A stretch of DNA of 64,000 nt from an uncultured Acidimicrobiaceae bacterium (lineage in GTDB: Bacteria > Actinomycetota > Acidimicrobiia > Acidimicrobiales > Palsa-688), in the NCBI GenBank assembly GCA_963729695.1, contig CAVSOT010000007.1:425332-489331 (forward strand), written 5' to 3'. Below the pieces are notes generated by a model. It did not search any database and was not told the origin of the DNA. It saw only the letters and a list, made by a program, of their open reading frames with translations. Of this stretch, positions 49,602-59,258 are shown in pieces. The stretch's first letter is position 1, and every line of letters starts with the position of its first letter. The position numbers were made by a program, and so were the translations under genes.

Positions 49602-52109
49602 CTACTTCCGTGGCGAGCGTTCGTCTAGCGCCCCGACGACCCCCAGCGAGACCAGGCGGCTGATTTCTTTGTTGGTGTAGCCGTATTCAGCGAGTATGTC
49701 CCGCGTGTGCTCCCCGACAGCCGGGCTCCGCAGATGGTTGCGGCCGGGGGTGAGCGACATCCCCACGAGCAGTCCCCCTTGGTCGAACCTCCCGAGCTCC
49801 GGGTGGACGTAGCTGCTGGTCCAACCCAGGCTGGCCAGCTCCTCGTCGTCGAACAGGTCGTCCAGCGTGACTTGTCGGGATTGCTCACAGGGAACGTCAT
49901 GCTGATCGAGCAGCTCGACCCAGAAGGCGGCCTTCTGCGTGAGGAACACCGACTCGAGCAACCGGGCCAACTCGTATCTGTTCGCTTCGCGCCGTTCTGC
50001 TGTGCCGAATCGGGGATCGATGGCGAGGTCCGGGCGACCAATGGCCCGGCACAGTCGGGGCCAGTGGTCCGGGAGCACCGCTTCGATACAGATCCAGTCC
50101 GACGCCGTCGGGTACAACATGTCCAGGGCACCGACGCCCCGGTGATCGCGGTCCAACTCCGGTTGTCGCAGCTCCCGTCCCTCCTCGTCCAGACAGACAT
50201 AGGAGTTGTTGAGGAGGCATGCGTTCAGGAGCGAGGTGCTCACGTTCTGCCCGAGGCCCGTCCTGTCTCGAGCGATCAAACCCAACATGACCGCGGTCGC
50301 CGACAGATAACCTGCCCCGACGTCGCCCATGGGGGTCAAAGCCCAGAAGGGCTTCCCCCCGTTGGCGCACGCGCCGTCCTCCCACTGCACTCCGGATATC
50401 CCGGCGACGATCTGGTCGTTGGCGGGGCGCTCCGATCGCGCCCCCCTTTCAAAGCCGCGAATGTGGCTGTAGACCAGTCGAGGGTTGAGCCGAGCCATGG
50501 CCGGGTAGCCGAGGCCCAATCGCTCGGCTGCTCCCATCCTCATGTTGTGCTGGAGAACATCCGCCCCCGACACCAGACGGCAGACGACCTCGTAGCCGGC
50601 TGGGTGTTTCAGATCGATCGCAATGCTCCGTTTTCCCCTCGTGGTGGCTTGGATCATCTGGTTGGAGTCGCCGGCCCCGTCGTAGCGGGCGTGGACCTTG
50701 ATCACCGTCGCCCCGAGCTGGGCGAGTACCTGGGTTCCGTAGGGTGCCGAGACCGCCAATCCCAGGTCGACGACCACGATCCCGCTCAAGGGGTGCTGCA
50801 ACTCGCGGTGGCGCGATCCGGAGCCGTCGCCGTTGGGGCGGCTGTTTGGGCGGAACGAGCTGCTCTCCCTCCGAACTGCCTCGGTGTCCTCTCCAGCTCG
50901 AGGTTGCGGTCCTCGAATCAGCCCCGGATAGGACTCCAGAGAGAAGGCGAACCCGGCCTGGCGAGTCGTACCTGAGTCGCTGCTGGCGACCTCGAGGACA
51001 GTCCCGTCGACCAGGTAGGCCGAATCGTCGAGCGCCTCTTTCGTGGATCGGACCGGGGCGATGGGCGCGCCGACCTGGGCCCCGAGAGCGACCCAGTCCT
51101 CTGAGGGGAATTGGGCGAAGATCTTCACCATTTCGGGGTAATAGTGCCAGTAGATGGCCAGCTCCCAGATGTCCAACTGGAGCCGATCGGGGTCCTGGCG
51201 TGGGCCGGTCGTGTTTTCGTCAACGCTGAGCTGATCCTTGTCGCGCTGCGAGAGCACGAGGCGGGGGCTCGGCAGGGCATAGTGGATCCAGCGGCCGTCC
51301 GAGCACAGGAAGCTCTCTTGGGGGGCTCGCGCGTCGAGTAGCCAGCTGGCGTACCCCGGCGCCTCCGGGTGGTCCAGCCGTTGCCAGACAAAGGCGGCGC
51401 TGGCCATGGCGCCCTGAAAGAGGGAGGTCTCGACCAGCTGACCTGCACCGGTGCGTTCTCGGGCGTAGAGCGCGGCGGCGATGCCGGTCGTCGCCAGGTG
51501 ACAAGCGCCGAGGCTGGGCCAGCGGGACGAAGAGAACAGCGGCCCCTCCCGCGCCGGGCCGCCTCTGTCGGCGAATCCCGTCTGGATCTCAGGAAGCGGG
51601 AGCTCGCTCGTTGGAGCATGTCCAAAGGCCCCACCATCAGGACCGCGCTGCTCCCATTGAAGACCGGTCCTGGCCGCCACCAAGGCGTCGTAGCCGGGCC
51701 TTCCGGCGTGGTTCGTCTGGGCGCCGTAGCCCGTTATAGAACAGTAGATCAAGCGAGGATTCCTCTCGCGAAGGGTCGGCCAATCGATCCCCAGTCGCGC
51801 CGTCGTACCCGGGCTGAAGCTCTCGATGAGGACATCGGCATTGCCGGCCAGCTGCACGAAAAGCTCGTGGTCGGATGCCCTCTTCAGGTCGAGCACGGCG
51901 CTGCGTTTTCCTCGATCCCACACCCGGTAGCCAGCTTGGAAGCGGAAAGGATCTCCACCCGGTGGCTCGACTTTGATGACCTGGGCGCCCTGATCGGCCA
52001 AGAGCCGTGCAGTCATGGGGCCGGCGATGCCCCAGGACAGGTCGAGGACGGTGAGATCGTCGAGAAGTCCGGGGATCCCAGGAAATACTTGGCCAGAATG
52101 GGTTGTCAA
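49602..52109 (-). CDS. tandem-domain family-III (CaiB/BaiF) CoA-transferase
   Basis: Two CoA-transferase units (LTVLDLSWGIAGPMTARLLADQGAQVIKVEPP; IVVVDLGLAVSAPYGTQVLAQLGATVIKV). Asp contexts GYDALVAARTG and ANDQIVAGISG. Confidence 0.85.
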   Translation of the reverse strand: MTTHSGQVFPGIPGLLDDLTVLDLSWGIAGPMTARLLADQGAQVIKVEPPGGDPFRFQAGYRVWDRGKRSAVLDLKRASDHELFVQLAGNADVLIESFSPGTTARLGIDWPTLRERNPRLIYCSITGYGAQTNHAGRPGYDALVAARTGLQWEQRGPDGGAFGHAPTSELPLPEIQTGFADRGGPAREGPLFSSSRWPSLGACHLATTGIAAALYARERTGAGQLVETSLFQGAMASAAFVWQRLDHPEAPGYASWLLDARAPQESFLCSDGRWIHYALPSPRLVLSQRDKDQLSVDENTTGPRQDPDRLQLDIWELAIYWHYYPEMVKIFAQFPSEDWVALGAQVGAPIAPVRSTKEALDDSAYLVDGTVLEVASSDSGTTRQAGFAFSLESYPGLIRGPQPRAGEDTEAVRRESSSFRPNSRPNGDGSGSRHRELQHPLSGIVVVDLGLAVSAPYGTQVLAQLGATVIKVHARYDGAGDSNQMIQATTRGKRSIAIDLKHPAGYEVVCRLVSGADVLQHNMRMGAAERLGLGYPAMARLNPRLVYSHIRGFERGARSERPANDQIVAGISGVQWEDGACANGGKPFWALTPMGDVGAGYLSATAVMLGLIARDRTGLGQNVSTSLLNACLLNNSYVCLDEEGRELRQPELDRDHRGVGALDMLYPTASDWICIEAVLPDHWPRLCRAIGRPDLAIDPRFGTAERREANRYELARLLESVFLTQKAAFWVELLDQHDVPCEQSRQVTLDDLFDDEELASLGWTSSYVHPELGRFDQGGLLVGMSLTPGRNHLRSPAVGEHTRDILAEYGYTNKEISRLVSLGVVGALDERSPRK

Positions 52110-53281
52110 ACCACGTGGTACACGCGTGCCGCGTTGTCGTGCAACACCTTGCGCATGATGTCGTCTCCTACGATGCCGGTGGCTCGATCGATCACCTCGG
52201 CCGGAGAGGGGGAGATGGTGGCCGGACCCGGGTACAGGCAGGTCGGGTGGGGAAAATCCGTCTCGAACATGATGTTGTCCTGATATCGGGGCAGGACCTC
52301 GAGTACTTGACTCTCGAACCAGAACATTCCGTAGACCTGACGGCGAAAATACTCACTGGGCATCAACCGCTCTGGGTAGGAGTGCTGCCCCCCGACATTG
52401 GCCCAGTTCCAGTCGAGTGCCTCCAACAGGAAGGGGAGGTAGCCGAAACCGCTCTCCACCGAAACAAAGTTGAGCCTCGGGAAGCGATCGCATACATCAC
52501 TGAGCACGAGGCTGCCGATGGTCCGCGAGTTCCCGAGCAGGAACAGGGTGGAGCGGAGGGCGGAGGCCGCCGGGTTGAACTCATTGCGGTACATGGCCAG
52601 GATGGCGTCGATGTCCTCCCGTGTCTCGCCCACACCGACGTGAAAGTTCATCGACATACCGAGGTCCTGAGCTACTGCGTACAGCGGGTCCCAATGCGTC
52701 TCGGTGAAATCCGGGAGCCCATGCCTGTCGAAGGTGGCAGCCCACAGCACCCCCCGGTGGCCCGTCTCGTGGCAGCGCCGGAGCTCTGCGATCGATGCCT
52801 CGAGATCCCAGAAGGGCAGCACCGCCAGGGTGATAAACCGGTCGGGTGCGACGGAAGCAAACTCGGACTGATAATCGTTGTAAGTTCTGACACACGCCAG
52901 CTTCAGGTCCTCGTCCTTGAGCGCCATAATGGCGAAGCCCTCGAACGCCAAGATGTTCGGGTAGAGGACCTGGGCATAGATCCCGTTCTGATCCATGTGG
53001 GCGAGGCGGGCTTTGGGATCGAAGGCGGCCGGATGCGCCTCCTCCAACGACGGTGGGCAGGAGGGCGGGAACTCGGGCCAGCCGGCGACGCTGTAGTTGG
53101 CGACCATGCTGCCCAAGCGGTCGCCGATCAGCCAGCGCCAGGATCTCGTGGCGTCGTCGTAGGTGACCCTCGGCGCAGCATCTCGAAAACGGGCTGGGAT
53201 CCGAGCCGTCCACAGGTCCACCGGTTCGGTCAGGTGCGTGTCGGCATCGATGACCCGGACTGGTGTCGCCGCTACTGCCAT
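52106..53281 (-). CDS. amidohydrolase-2 family protein
   Basis: RVIDADTHLTEPVDLW N-terminal metal motif. ATG 53281 preceded by GAGGGGGAA. 4-nt overlap with the downstream CoA-transferase gene. Confidence 0.8.
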   Translation of the reverse strand: MAVAATPVRVIDADTHLTEPVDLWTARIPARFRDAAPRVTYDDATRSWRWLIGDRLGSMVANYSVAGWPEFPPSCPPSLEEAHPAAFDPKARLAHMDQNGIYAQVLYPNILAFEGFAIMALKDEDLKLACVRTYNDYQSEFASVAPDRFITLAVLPFWDLEASIAELRRCHETGHRGVLWAATFDRHGLPDFTETHWDPLYAVAQDLGMSMNFHVGVGETREDIDAILAMYRNEFNPAASALRSTLFLLGNSRTIGSLVLSDVCDRFPRLNFVSVESGFGYLPFLLEALDWNWANVGGQHSYPERLMPSEYFRRQVYGMFWFESQVLEVLPRYQDNIMFETDFPHPTCLYPGPATISPSPAEVIDRATGIVGDDIMRKVLHDNAARVYHVV

Positions 53282-53369
53282 GGTCGATTCCCCCTCGTCG
53301 GCGGGCGTTGTTCCACTGGCCTCAGTATATAAAGCGCCACGATGGGCAGCCTGGCGCAGATCGACAACC

Positions 53370-54995
53370 TCAACCGGCGTGTCGAGCGTCCCAGGTTTGG
53401 GGGTTGAGCGGGTTGGTTCGCAGCGCCGGTTTCTTGATGCGCAGCATGGCTTCGGTGCGCTCGGGGTTGTCGATGAACTCGATGTAGCGGGGCACCATAA
53501 AGGTCGGCATGCGGGCATCCAAGTACTCGTGCAGCTCGGCGTGGGTCAGAGAATGCCCATCGCGGCGCAGGACGCAGATCTTGACCTCGTCTTCGCCGAG
53601 CTCGGAGGGCACGGCGATGGCGGCCGATTCGAACACGGCCGGGTGGCGGTTGACGTAGGCCTCCACCTCCATGGATGAGATGTTCTCTCCCCGGCGGCGC
53701 ATGGAATCGGTGATGCGATCCACGAAGTGGTACCGGCCCCGCTCGTCCCGCACGAAACCGTCACCGGTGTGGAACCAGCCGTTACGCCAGGCCTCGGCGG
53801 TCTTCTCGGCCATCCCGAAATAGCCCACGATCATCCGCCACGGCTCCGACGTCCGCACCAACAACTCACCGGCCTGGCCTTGCGGCACCTCGTAGTCGTG
53901 CTCATCCACCACGCGCACCTGATAGCCCGGTGCCGGCCATTTCCCCGTGGACTCTCTATCGGCCGACACATCCGGTCCCGCGTAGAGGGGCATGCCCGTC
54001 TCCCCCGACGAGTACACCGTCCGCATCTGCACCCCGAAGCGGCTCTTGAATTCGTCCACCCGGGAGACCACGGGGGCCCCTGCGACCACCCGCAACGGGT
54101 TGTCCAGGTCGTCTGCTCGGGGGGGCTGGTCGAGCAGCCAGTTCATCATCACCGGGATCAAGGCGGTCATCGTGCAGCCGAAGGCCCGCACCTCCTCCCA
54201 GAACAGCCGGGTCTTGAACCCGTCCCGCAACACCACCCGCCCGCCGGGAAAGGCCATCCACCCGAGCGCGGACAGTCCCGACAGGTGGAAACAGGGGAAC
54301 GGGTCGTAGCAAGCGTCGTCGCCGGTCAGGTCCATCCAAACTTCTTCGGGCCACAGGCGTCCCCAGGGGACCAGGATGCCCTTGGAAGCCCCAGTGGTGC
54401 CCGAGGTGTACGTGATGCAAGCGATCTCATGGCGCATCGGCACGGCCAAGTCCCGAGCCGCCTCCGCCCCCTCCCACACCTCAGCCGCCGTCACCAACCG
54501 AAACGGAAACCCCTCCGGCACCTCCACCACCGCCGCATCGGGCACGACCACCAACTCCAGATACTCCAGCTGCGACGCCACCTCCGCCACCCGCTCCAAG
54601 AACGGCAACCCGCAGATCATGTGCCGGGCCCGGCAGTTGTTCAACACATAGGCCAACGAGCTGCCCCGAAAGTCCGTGTTCACCCCAGTGTGCACCGCCC
54701 GCAACCAGCCCAACCCGACCCAGTGCTCACACGTCGAAATCGACGTCTGCACCATGGCCGCCACGTTGTCACCCGCCCCGATACCCAACCGGCGAAACCC
54801 GTCCGCCCAGCGCAGCACCGCCTGATGAAACTCCCCATAGGTGCGCGACCCCCCACTCACCTCCTGCAGAAACAGGCGACCACCATCACGCTCCGCCCAC
54901 TCCCGCACCACCCCAGGCAACGTCTCACTCGGCTCGAACGTAGGCGTCGCTACCCCCTCTGTGACGCGGGACGGGCGGGCTGGGCTAGGCCGCAC
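53370..54995 (-). CDS. AMP-dependent synthetase/ligase (acyl-CoA ligase)
   Basis: ITYTSGTTGASKGI, SSGETG and WFHTGDGF motifs. The exact start is uncertain. Confidence 0.8.
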   Translation of the reverse strand: MRPSPARPSRVTEGVATPTFEPSETLPGVVREWAERDGGRLFLQEVSGGSRTYGEFHQAVLRWADGFRRLGIGAGDNVAAMVQTSISTCEHWVGLGWLRAVHTGVNTDFRGSSLAYVLNNCRARHMICGLPFLERVAEVASQLEYLELVVVPDAAVVEVPEGFPFRLVTAAEVWEGAEAARDLAVPMRHEIACITYTSGTTGASKGILVPWGRLWPEEVWMDLTGDDACYDPFPCFHLSGLSALGWMAFPGGRVVLRDGFKTRLFWEEVRAFGCTMTALIPVMMNWLLDQPPRADDLDNPLRVVAGAPVVSRVDEFKSRFGVQMRTVYSSGETGMPLYAGPDVSADRESTGKWPAPGYQVRVVDEHDYEVPQGQAGELLVRTSEPWRMIVGYFGMAEKTAEAWRNGWFHTGDGFVRDERGRYHFVDRITDSMRRRGENISSMEVEAYVNRHPAVFESAAIAVPSELGEDEVKICVLRRDGHSLTHAELHEYLDARMPTFMVPRYIEFIDNPERTEAMLRIKKPALRTNPLNPQTWDARHAG

Positions 54996-55070
54996 ACGCT
55001 ATCCTGCAGACATCGGACCGGCAAGTGGGCCAGGTGATCGAGCGACCGTGAAGAAAAGGGGTTCTGGCCA

Positions 55071-55448
55071 ATGACCAAGTGGACCGTGCGGCCCGAGCAG
55101 CCGATTCCAGGTTTATCGGCCGCAGCGGTTGCCAACGGTACGGTATACGTCACCGGGCAGGTCGCGTTTGGACCGGATGGACAGCTCGTGGGCCGGGGAG
55201 ATGCAGAAGCACAGTCGCGTCAGTGTTTTTCCAACATCGCACGCATCATCTCTCAGGCCGGATGCGGCATGGAGGACATCGTGTCGCTCACGGCTTATCT
55301 CGCGGACCATGCGGTTGGTGCGTCGTATTTCGCAGTGCGACGCGAGCTCTTCCCAGTCGACCCGCCGGCTACCACGACCATCGTGGCTCAGCTGTCCAAC
55401 CCCGACTACCTCGTCGAGATACAGGCGATTGCTGTCGTGCCCTCATGA
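55071..55448 (+). CDS. RidA (YjgF/UK114) family protein
   Basis: 125 aa with VANGTVYVTGQVAF...VEIQAIAV, typical of RidA. Confidence 0.85.
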   Translation: MTKWTVRPEQPIPGLSAAAVANGTVYVTGQVAFGPDGQLVGRGDAEAQSRQCFSNIARIISQAGCGMEDIVSLTAYLADHAVGASYFAVRRELFPVDPPATTTIVAQLSNPDYLVEIQAIAVVPS

Positions 55449-56605
55449 GCACGACTCCAGCCATCAGGTTCGGCGGCGGCCTACCGGATCCCGGTTATGC
55501 CCCACCTTTGGCCGACCTTTTCGACGCGGTGCTGCACGAAGATCCCGAGGCCTTCACCTACGACCAGACCCATCTGCGCGGTGGCGGCGTCTGGGGTCAT
55601 GAGCCCCTCCGCAACGCCATCGCGAATCGCCTTGGCGGGCGGTCAGGCGCCTCGCTCGACGCCGGCAACGTGGTGTTGGTCAACGGTGCGGCCGGCGCCA
55701 TCGAGCTGGTTGCCGCCAACCTGGTCCGTCCGGGCACCACGGTGGCAGTCGAGGAGTTGACCTATCCCGCGGCGCTGAAGGTGTTGCGCCGCCGCGGTGC
55801 CACCGTCTTGAGCGTACCGTTGGACGCGGACGGATTGCGAGTCGATGCGCTCAGCCAGATGCTGAGTCAAGGTCGAAGCGCCCCTTCTGTCCTGTACACC
55901 ATCGCGACCGGGCAGAGCCCGACGGGGACCACCCTGGCCGCCGGGCGCCGGCAGGCGCTGGCTCGTCTGGCGGAGCAGTATCACATGACCATCGTCCAGG
56001 ACGACACCTACGGCGAGGTGATCTTCGCTCAGGATCCCCCGACGCCGCTCATCGGGCTGGCGCCGGATCGCACCGTTCACGTGGGATCGTTCAGCAAGAC
56101 CCTCGCCCCGGGGCTTCGCCTCGGATGGGTCGCGGCCGGGACCGACGTGTGCGAGGCCATTGCTCGCGAGCGCACCGATCTCGGGCAGACGCCGATCGTC
56201 CAGTACGTGGTGGGTCGGTTTTTCCAGTCCGGTCGTTTCGAGCCTCACCTGGCCCGGATCACTGATGCCTACCGCCAGAAGCGGGACGTCCTCGTCGAGG
56301 CGCTCGACCGATACTGCTCGAACCTGGTCACCTGGACCGTTCCCGAAGCCGGGTTTTTCGTCTGGGCCACGCTCATCGACGGTGACGTGGACGAGGTGGC
56401 CCGCCTCGGTCTCGAGGAAGGCGTGTCGTTTGTGGGCGGGCCCTACTTCGGCGTGGACGAGCCCAATCACCGCGGCATACGGCTCGCCTACTCCGAGCTC
56501 ACGGCCGCACAGCTCGACGAGGGATGCCGAAGGCTGGCCAGGGCCATCGAGCGCGCCGTGGCATCCGGAGACGAGGCCAGCCGCGCCCCGTCCAGCCTGA
56601 CCTGA
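55445..56605 (+). CDS. PLP-dependent aminotransferase, class I/II fold
   Basis: ATGA overlap with the RidA gene. PLP-lysine context SFSKTLAPGLRLGW. Confidence 0.8.
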   Translation: MSTTPAIRFGGGLPDPGYAPPLADLFDAVLHEDPEAFTYDQTHLRGGGVWGHEPLRNAIANRLGGRSGASLDAGNVVLVNGAAGAIELVAANLVRPGTTVAVEELTYPAALKVLRRRGATVLSVPLDADGLRVDALSQMLSQGRSAPSVLYTIATGQSPTGTTLAAGRRQALARLAEQYHMTIVQDDTYGEVIFAQDPPTPLIGLAPDRTVHVGSFSKTLAPGLRLGWVAAGTDVCEAIARERTDLGQTPIVQYVVGRFFQSGRFEPHLARITDAYRQKRDVLVEALDRYCSNLVTWTVPEAGFFVWATLIDGDVDEVARLGLEEGVSFVGGPYFGVDEPNHRGIRLAYSELTAAQLDEGCRRLARAIERAVASGDEASRAPSSLT

Positions 56606-56608
56606 AGG

Positions 56609-57796
56609 TTATCCCCGGTCTGCGCCGAGGACGGTGAGCGCGCTCACCAGCGAACCCGGCTCGCCCCCAAGGTTGTGAGTGAGGGCCTTCGTCCTGCCGT
56701 TGCTGACCTGACGCTCGCCGGCTTCACCGCGGAGCTGGAGCCACGCCTCGAAGACCATACGAAGGCCTGACGCCCCGATCGGATGCCCAAAGCTCTTCAA
56801 GCCTCCATCCGTGTTCACCGGGAGCTCACCATCGAGATCGAAGCAGCCCGCGAGCACGTCCTCCCATGCCTCGCCGCGCTCCGAGAAACCCAGGTCTTCC
56901 ATCAGCACCAGTTCAGTCGGCGTGAAGCAGTCGTGCACCTCGGCCATGCAGAACTCGGCCCTCGGGTCGTTGATCCCGGCTTGGGCGTAGGCTTCGTCCG
57001 CACAGTGGACGACCTCTGGGAACGTGGTGAAGTCCTGGTTCGGATTGATGGAGCCATCGCCCGGGCCGGCCACCAGGGTGATGGCCTTGACGTACACCGG
57101 TTGACCCGGGTACTCGTGGGCCTCGTCCGCCGGGACGACGATCGCCGCCGCGGACCCATCGGACAGACCTGAGCAGTCGAACACCCCGAGCTGGCCGGCG
57201 ACGGAGGGGGAGGAACAGATCTGCTCTATCGGAACCTCACGACGGAACGCGGCCCGGGGGTTGCGCGCCCCGTTGCGATGGTTTTTCCAGGCGATACGGG
57301 AGATGGCGTCCTTCACTTTCCCGGTGTCGATATCGTATTTGGCGGCGTACGCGGGCACGATGAAGGAGAAGGCCGCCGGTGACGACAGCCAGCTCCGGGT
57401 GCCATCGCTTGCGGCCTGAGCGTTGGGCATGCCGGCATACGGGTAGTCCTTGAGCTTCTCCATTCCGATTGCCATCGCCACGTCGCACGCTCCGGCCGCG
57501 ACCGCGTAGACAGCCTGGCGCAGGGCATCCGTCGCCGTGGCGCACATGTTTTCGGTCCTGCTCACCGGCTTGTAGCCGGTTCTGAGGGGCCTCGACAACG
57601 AGAGTCCACTCACACCCGACACCACCGTGCCGAAGAAGTAGGCGTCGATATCGTCGATCTTCAACTCTGCGGCGTCGAGTGCTTCGGAGGATGCCTGGAC
57701 GAGCAGATCGTCGCCGGACCGGTCGAAGTGGTCGCCGAAAGGTGTACATCCCATGCCGACGATCGCCACCTTGTCTCTGATACTGCGGTTCGCCAT
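56609..57796 (-). CDS. thiolase (SCP-x / lipid-transfer-protein type)
   Basis: KVAIVGMGCTPFG and catalytic Cys context ENMCATATDAL. ATG 57796 lies 1 nt after the upstream stop. Confidence 0.85.
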   Translation of the reverse strand: MANRSIRDKVAIVGMGCTPFGDHFDRSGDDLLVQASSEALDAAELKIDDIDAYFFGTVVSGVSGLSLSRPLRTGYKPVSRTENMCATATDALRQAVYAVAAGACDVAMAIGMEKLKDYPYAGMPNAQAASDGTRSWLSSPAAFSFIVPAYAAKYDIDTGKVKDAISRIAWKNHRNGARNPRAAFRREVPIEQICSSPSVAGQLGVFDCSGLSDGSAAAIVVPADEAHEYPGQPVYVKAITLVAGPGDGSINPNQDFTTFPEVVHCADEAYAQAGINDPRAEFCMAEVHDCFTPTELVLMEDLGFSERGEAWEDVLAGCFDLDGELPVNTDGGLKSFGHPIGASGLRMVFEAWLQLRGEAGERQVSNGRTKALTHNLGGEPGSLVSALTVLGADRG

Positions 57797-57797
57797 C

Positions 57798-59216
57798 TCA
57801 GTGCCTCCTTGGCCCACGACTCAGGCGGGCCTTCCAGAAGTAGTTGTGGCCGTCCGCGGTCGTGGAAAGCCGGCGAAACGTCATCTCGACCCGATCGCCG
57901 ACGCGGATATCCTCCGCTTCGACGTCGGTGACCTCGACGGTCGCTCGCCCGCCGCCGTCGAAGTCGATGACCGCGTCGACGACCGCGGACGCGGGCGAGT
58001 AGGACCCATGATCGACGGTCACGGCCGCGACGGTCGCCTCCACGTCCGCCATCCGGACGGGGACCATATCGTCGATCGCTCCGCCCTCCGAGGATACGCG
58101 AGCTGGTGGGAGATGGAGGTAGCCGTGGTCGTCGCGCGACGCCACCAGACCGTATTTCCAACGCGTGTTTCGTTCGGCTGCCACCGCGCTGTACGGCTGG
58201 GGGTCGGCCAGGCGTGGGGCCTCCGTCAGAAGGGTCCCCCGCCAGCTCGCAAATCGGCCGTACGGCAGGCTGGCCCGACTCTCGAGTTGATCGGCGAGCG
58301 ACGGAATCTGGCGCCGGGTGCGCTCGGCCCGGTACGCGTCCAACTGGTTGGTCGTGTGGAACACCATCGCCGTGACACCGTCGGCCATCGCCACGACCAC
58401 GATGTGCTGATCCGGTTCGCCCCGGTCGAGCACATCGGTGAGCACGAGCGGCCAGTGGGCAGTGCCGCAGTATCCGATCTCGTCCGACAGGTCCCCGGCC
58501 AGAATGTCTTTTCGCCCTCCCAGGGACCGAACGACGGTACGGCCGACTCGTGGGTTGGCGGCGCTGATGATCAGGTGCTGCACGTCCGCGTCGCTGATGT
58601 CCGCCGCCTTGAGTGCATCCGCCATGGCCCCGTCGATGAGCTTGCTATAGAAGAACTCGACGGAGCGCTGGTCCGTTGAGTGGCTGGTCTTCTCGGCGGG
58701 CAGCCGCCATCTCTCCATGAACTCGTGCGTCGCATGGCCCGTACCGACGAGCTCGGCGATGACCCGGTAGTCGCCGAACAAGAGGGCGGCCGCCCCGTCA
58801 CCACCGCTGGATTCGTCTACAGACCCGGCGGGGCCGTTGCGCATATCGGACGCCACCACGATGCCGCCGAGCTCGGCTGCCGCCATTACCGCCGGCACAC
58901 TCGATCGCGCGTTGCCGACCAGATCAAACGCCGGCGTCGCCCTATCGAGGTCGAGTGCGGCATGGATGGCATTGGCGTTGCTCTTGTCCAGATAGGCCGG
59001 CTCCGACGTGGCGAAGAAGACCGGACGGTTTCCGAGGTCGTCCACCGAGCGAAGGGCATTGCGAGCGGCCTCGACACCCATCGTGGTCGTGTCCTCGTCA
59101 TAGGAGGCCGCCGTGCGCCAACCCGGGCTGCGCCGCCCTCCGATGGCTGAGGTAATGCCCGTTCGGTCGACCCGCCAGTAGGGAACGTAGGCCCCGTAGC
59201 CCACGACACCAATCAT
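57798..59216 (-). CDS. HMG-CoA-synthase-like thiolase-fold domain fused to C-terminal DUF35/OB-fold domain
   Basis: N-terminal IGVVGYGAYVPYWRV...YDEDTTTMGVEAARNAL (HMGCS-like). C-terminal ...ATVEVTDVEAEDIRVGDRVEMTF (OB-fold, DUF35-like). The expected catalytic Cys position reads FDLVGNARSS. Confidence 0.75.
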   Translation of the reverse strand: MIGVVGYGAYVPYWRVDRTGITSAIGGRRSPGWRTAASYDEDTTTMGVEAARNALRSVDDLGNRPVFFATSEPAYLDKSNANAIHAALDLDRATPAFDLVGNARSSVPAVMAAAELGGIVVASDMRNGPAGSVDESSGGDGAAALLFGDYRVIAELVGTGHATHEFMERWRLPAEKTSHSTDQRSVEFFYSKLIDGAMADALKAADISDADVQHLIISAANPRVGRTVVRSLGGRKDILAGDLSDEIGYCGTAHWPLVLTDVLDRGEPDQHIVVVAMADGVTAMVFHTTNQLDAYRAERTRRQIPSLADQLESRASLPYGRFASWRGTLLTEAPRLADPQPYSAVAAERNTRWKYGLVASRDDHGYLHLPPARVSSEGGAIDDMVPVRMADVEATVAAVTVDHGSYSPASAVVDAVIDFDGGGRATVEVTDVEAEDIRVGDRVEMTFRRLSTTADGHNYFWKARLSRGPRRH

Positions 59217-59258
59217 GTCTTCCTCCGGGAGTTATGGGATCGGGCGGTTCCGAGCGCT

